From Amphiscolops sp. MND2022 (taxonomy: Eukaryota), in contig OZ076417.1 in NCBI GenBank assembly GCA_964187785.1, positions 44,082,001 to 44,146,000 on the forward strand: a stretch of DNA of 64,000 bases, given 5' to 3'. The translations under genes were made by a program, and so were the position numbers. Under the pieces are notes generated by a model. That model searched no databases. It saw only the letters and a list, made by a program, of their open reading frames with translations, and was not told where the DNA came from. Below, piece by piece: positions 60,971 through 64,000 of this stretch; position 1 is the stretch's first letter, and each line of letters begins with the position of its first letter.

Positions 60971-63140
60971 TCGAAATGTCTGCGCTCATAGCTATTTTAA
61001 AGTATCTGAAGCGCACAAGATTATTGAAGAGGTCATCTTGTAACTTCGGACCTACGAGGAGACAGTCATTCAGAGAATGACCAGATGTTGTCCTTTTGCT
61101 GGCGTCAAAAACGACTCTCAATTTTGTTGTTGTGCTGTCTGGTTTATGCACACAATGATGAGGGAGATAATAACAATTAAGGTTGACTAATTCAGTTTTG
61201 GGAACCTGCTCAATATGACCAAGATAAATGAATTCTAGTATGAATGCAATGTATTTCTTTTTGGGTTCAGGATCGGCATTCAACTCTCGAGACTAGAAAA
61301 AACGCTTCAACGCGTTTGATCTGCTGAGGCCTAGTTTAGTGTCACTTGACCGAAACGGAAGTTGGATGACGAACCTGCAATCTGGCTTCCAAATAGTTGT
61401 GTCAATAAAGTGTTTCCCACAAGCTACTTCTTCTGCAATCAAATGTTTCTTGATTGGTATATTCTCTAACTCCCAAAACTTCGATAGGAGATCATCCGTG
61501 GTCTCCGAAACTACAGACACATTGCTGCTAATGGCATAGTTTAATGGGTTGCTCACTTCTTTGACGGGACCAGATACTACCCAACCAAAAAGTGATTTTC
61601 GAATTGTCTCCAGGAAAATGTCTTCGAAGACGTTTGCGCCAAGGAGAATGTCAATTTTTCCCGGCACGTTGAAAGTCGGGTCTGCTAAAGGGAGGGTTTT
61701 CACATATTTCAATTGGGAATTATCGATATGTTTCACTGGCATTGTATTCGTAATTTTAAGAATATTGTGCAGACTAGTGTCATAAGTCTGATTCAGTCGA
61801 ATGGGTAGAACGCCCAGAGTCTTTTGGGCCTTTGCGGCAACTACAGGACTGATTGGCGTTTGCGTCCGGATTCTTTTCATCATCAAGGCTTTTGCGTTGG
61901 ACTCTGTGATGAAGCTAGCCCGACCCAGAATCAAGAAGAGCGCGCATTTGAATATCTTTTCCTGAATGATCATAATTTTCACCATCGCCGTTGAAAGAAG
62001 AACATTGCTGGTGTTTGTGGCTTCGCACAAAAGCCTTCAGCAGCTTGATATCTTTGAGTCTCATTGCAATTTGGTTTCACATCACTTGTGGATGCAGTAC
62101 CCAAATTAAAATGGGTGTTCTTTTTCGAGACGAAATTTTGGGTTGATACTGTTGATGGCTTTTCACGATGTATTAGCGAATGATGCTGTAACTTACATTC
62201 TCTTTAACCAACAATTTGGCCTGGATGAAGACAGTTGAAACAAACTTGTTTTTGTTGTGCATATTTCTGGCAATCAATGGCAGACATTTTGAGAAAAAAT
62301 GGGCAAGATGACAACTTGTGATTTTCTTGACAAGTATCACCACATACACTGACGATGGTGTATGATTGAATGGGCTTTTGATTCGACTGAGTTTTCACGG
62401 AAATCGGATTTTGGATGAGTTCTTTAACAGCACCCACTTCAAGGGCACGACTTCGTGTGTCCAAAAATTTTGCCGAGTCTTCCAATTTCAGTAAATGGGT
62501 TCCCGGATTAGGCAACTGCCATTGCTTCCGAGATTCACCATCAATCTTTGTGATGATCCAAAAGAATAATAAGGAATCACACGAATCAATGCGTTCGCCA
62601 AATTCAGCTGAAGCTCTCAAATGTTCGTTAGTTAATTCTAAATTTTTTCGCAAACCAACGGCAGATTCACTTCGCATAAGCGGTTGCGTCCGAATGGCTT
62701 CCAAATGGGCTTGGACTGTGCAACGCTTATTTTCATAGCGTTCATCGAGAAGTGTCATGGCTGCTGAGTAGTTCGCTTCCGGTATCGTGACAGATGCCAT
62801 CAGCTTGGCACCATCACCGACCAAGCAGACCTTTAGATAATTCAACGTTTAGAGTAGCTCAGTTGATTGTTACCATCATAATGACATCATACATCATACA
62901 TCCATTCAGTATACGACCCAGTGAAACTCTCTATTGGCTGTTTACGCTTCGCAACGAGCAATAGCGACGCTCACCTTTTCATCAAAAAACAAATTGGTTT
63001 CAATTTCAGTATCTAGTTCGTTTTCATCCTGGATAAGTAGTTCAACATCGGCATCATAACGATGCACAATTCGTGACTTACTTTTCAAAGTCGAGAGCAA
63101 GCCTTCAGCCTCGAAAAGTTGTACTTGACTCATAATAGGC
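60971..63140 (-). mobile_element. Degenerate BEL/Pao gag-protease-RT(N-term) fragment
   Basis: LLDERYENKR (DUF1759), CFNCLHPG, LPLADPTFNVPGKIDILLG, YYLPHHCVHKPDSTTTKLRVVFDAS. Confidence 0.88.
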
Positions 63141-64000
63141 CGTCTTAATGTGAGGATAATCTTTGGCTCAAGTTTTGTAAAAGCACCTTTGTGTGCAGCT
63201 GTTATTTTTACTGCTTACGTACATCCTGTCTGGGATTAGTTTGGGGATGCTTTACCGGGAATTTGTGCAGTATCATCCGGCATTCTAGAAAGTTATGATT
63301 GAGAAGAGAACATTTTTAACGTTCTTTTCAATATAGTTTTGAAGAGTCGAGTAGGTTTTAAAAGCAACAATCAAGTGAATGAACACTCACGAAGACGCCA
63401 ATTAAAATCTATAGGAGAAATGTGAAATTGCAAAAAAAGTTTTTTTTAAAAAAAAATGGAGTTTTTTTCACTCAGTAACAATCGGGCGAGATAACACCCA
63501 GGAAGTCACAGAGTAAAAAAATTCTTAGATTTTGAATTCTTTAAATTCTTCGCTTTTTCAGATTAAAATACTCACTTCTAAGTTATCTGCTGCTTTTTTT
63601 TCTCCAACTTTGAGAATGATGCTGTAACTTACATTCTCTTTAACCAACAATATGGCCTGGTTTTTTTCTCACTTTCGATCTGTTACGCCTGAGCAATTTA
63701 CCCAAGTTTCTTTCGTGTCGTAAGATAAGTTGGAGTAGGTGTAGATCAATGAATTCTTTCTGATGTAACTGCAGAAGCTCTTGGGATACTTTCTGATTCT
63801 TCGTCTTGCGGTTGGATAGAAGGTCTTGTCTAAGATTGATTGTCAAAAACTTGGCAGTGATCAAATGTTTTTGAATGAAAAGAGTTCCAATGCGTTGATT
63901 GTACACAAGCGCCGATACTTGTTTGCGGAAAAATTTAAGATCTTCCACAATTTTTCCAGGTGTTGACTTTCGATTTCTGTTGCTTTTATGCGGAGAAAAA

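Noticed and set aside
63614-63948. ORF ending PGHIVG, with a ~47-bp repeat of 62178-62227
   Set aside because: Looks like a rearranged BEL gag scrap at the window edge; too little context to call.

Overview
Repeat-rich animal (invertebrate-like) genomic DNA with spliceosomal introns; the species cannot be fixed from sequence alone. Three host genes lie head-to-tail on the minus strand: STRIP1/FAM40 (16 exons reconstructed by hand, 43232->9864, all splice phases consistent, ~868 aa), NDUFV2 (2 exons) and a Thermotoga/plant-type tRNase Z-like metallo-beta-lactamase. The rest is mostly transposons: three BEL/Pao pieces, a decayed Helitron, an L2-like LINE, a CRE-like fragment, several MITEs and many Helentron-type non-autonomous (HINE-like) copies. 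Best candidate for an undescribed system: a ~12 kb env-bearing Ty3/Gypsy element (LTRs 23701-23889 and 35502-35688) inserted in STRIP1 intron 3. Between env and its 3' LTR it carries, in antisense, a spliced JmjC-domain gene with an intact H-x-D...H iron triad and a basic C-terminal tail, plus a small signal-peptide/TM ORF. A second, diverged and decayed JmjC homolog lies antisense, downstream of a BEL/Pao integrase fragment, at ~43.8-44.7 kb. Also notable: a 2.38 kb triplication copying STRIP1 exons 2-3 together with the 5' LTR, a GC-AG NDUFV2 intron with terminal inverted and junctional direct repeats, and splice acceptors just before most start codons (possible SL trans-splicing/operon).
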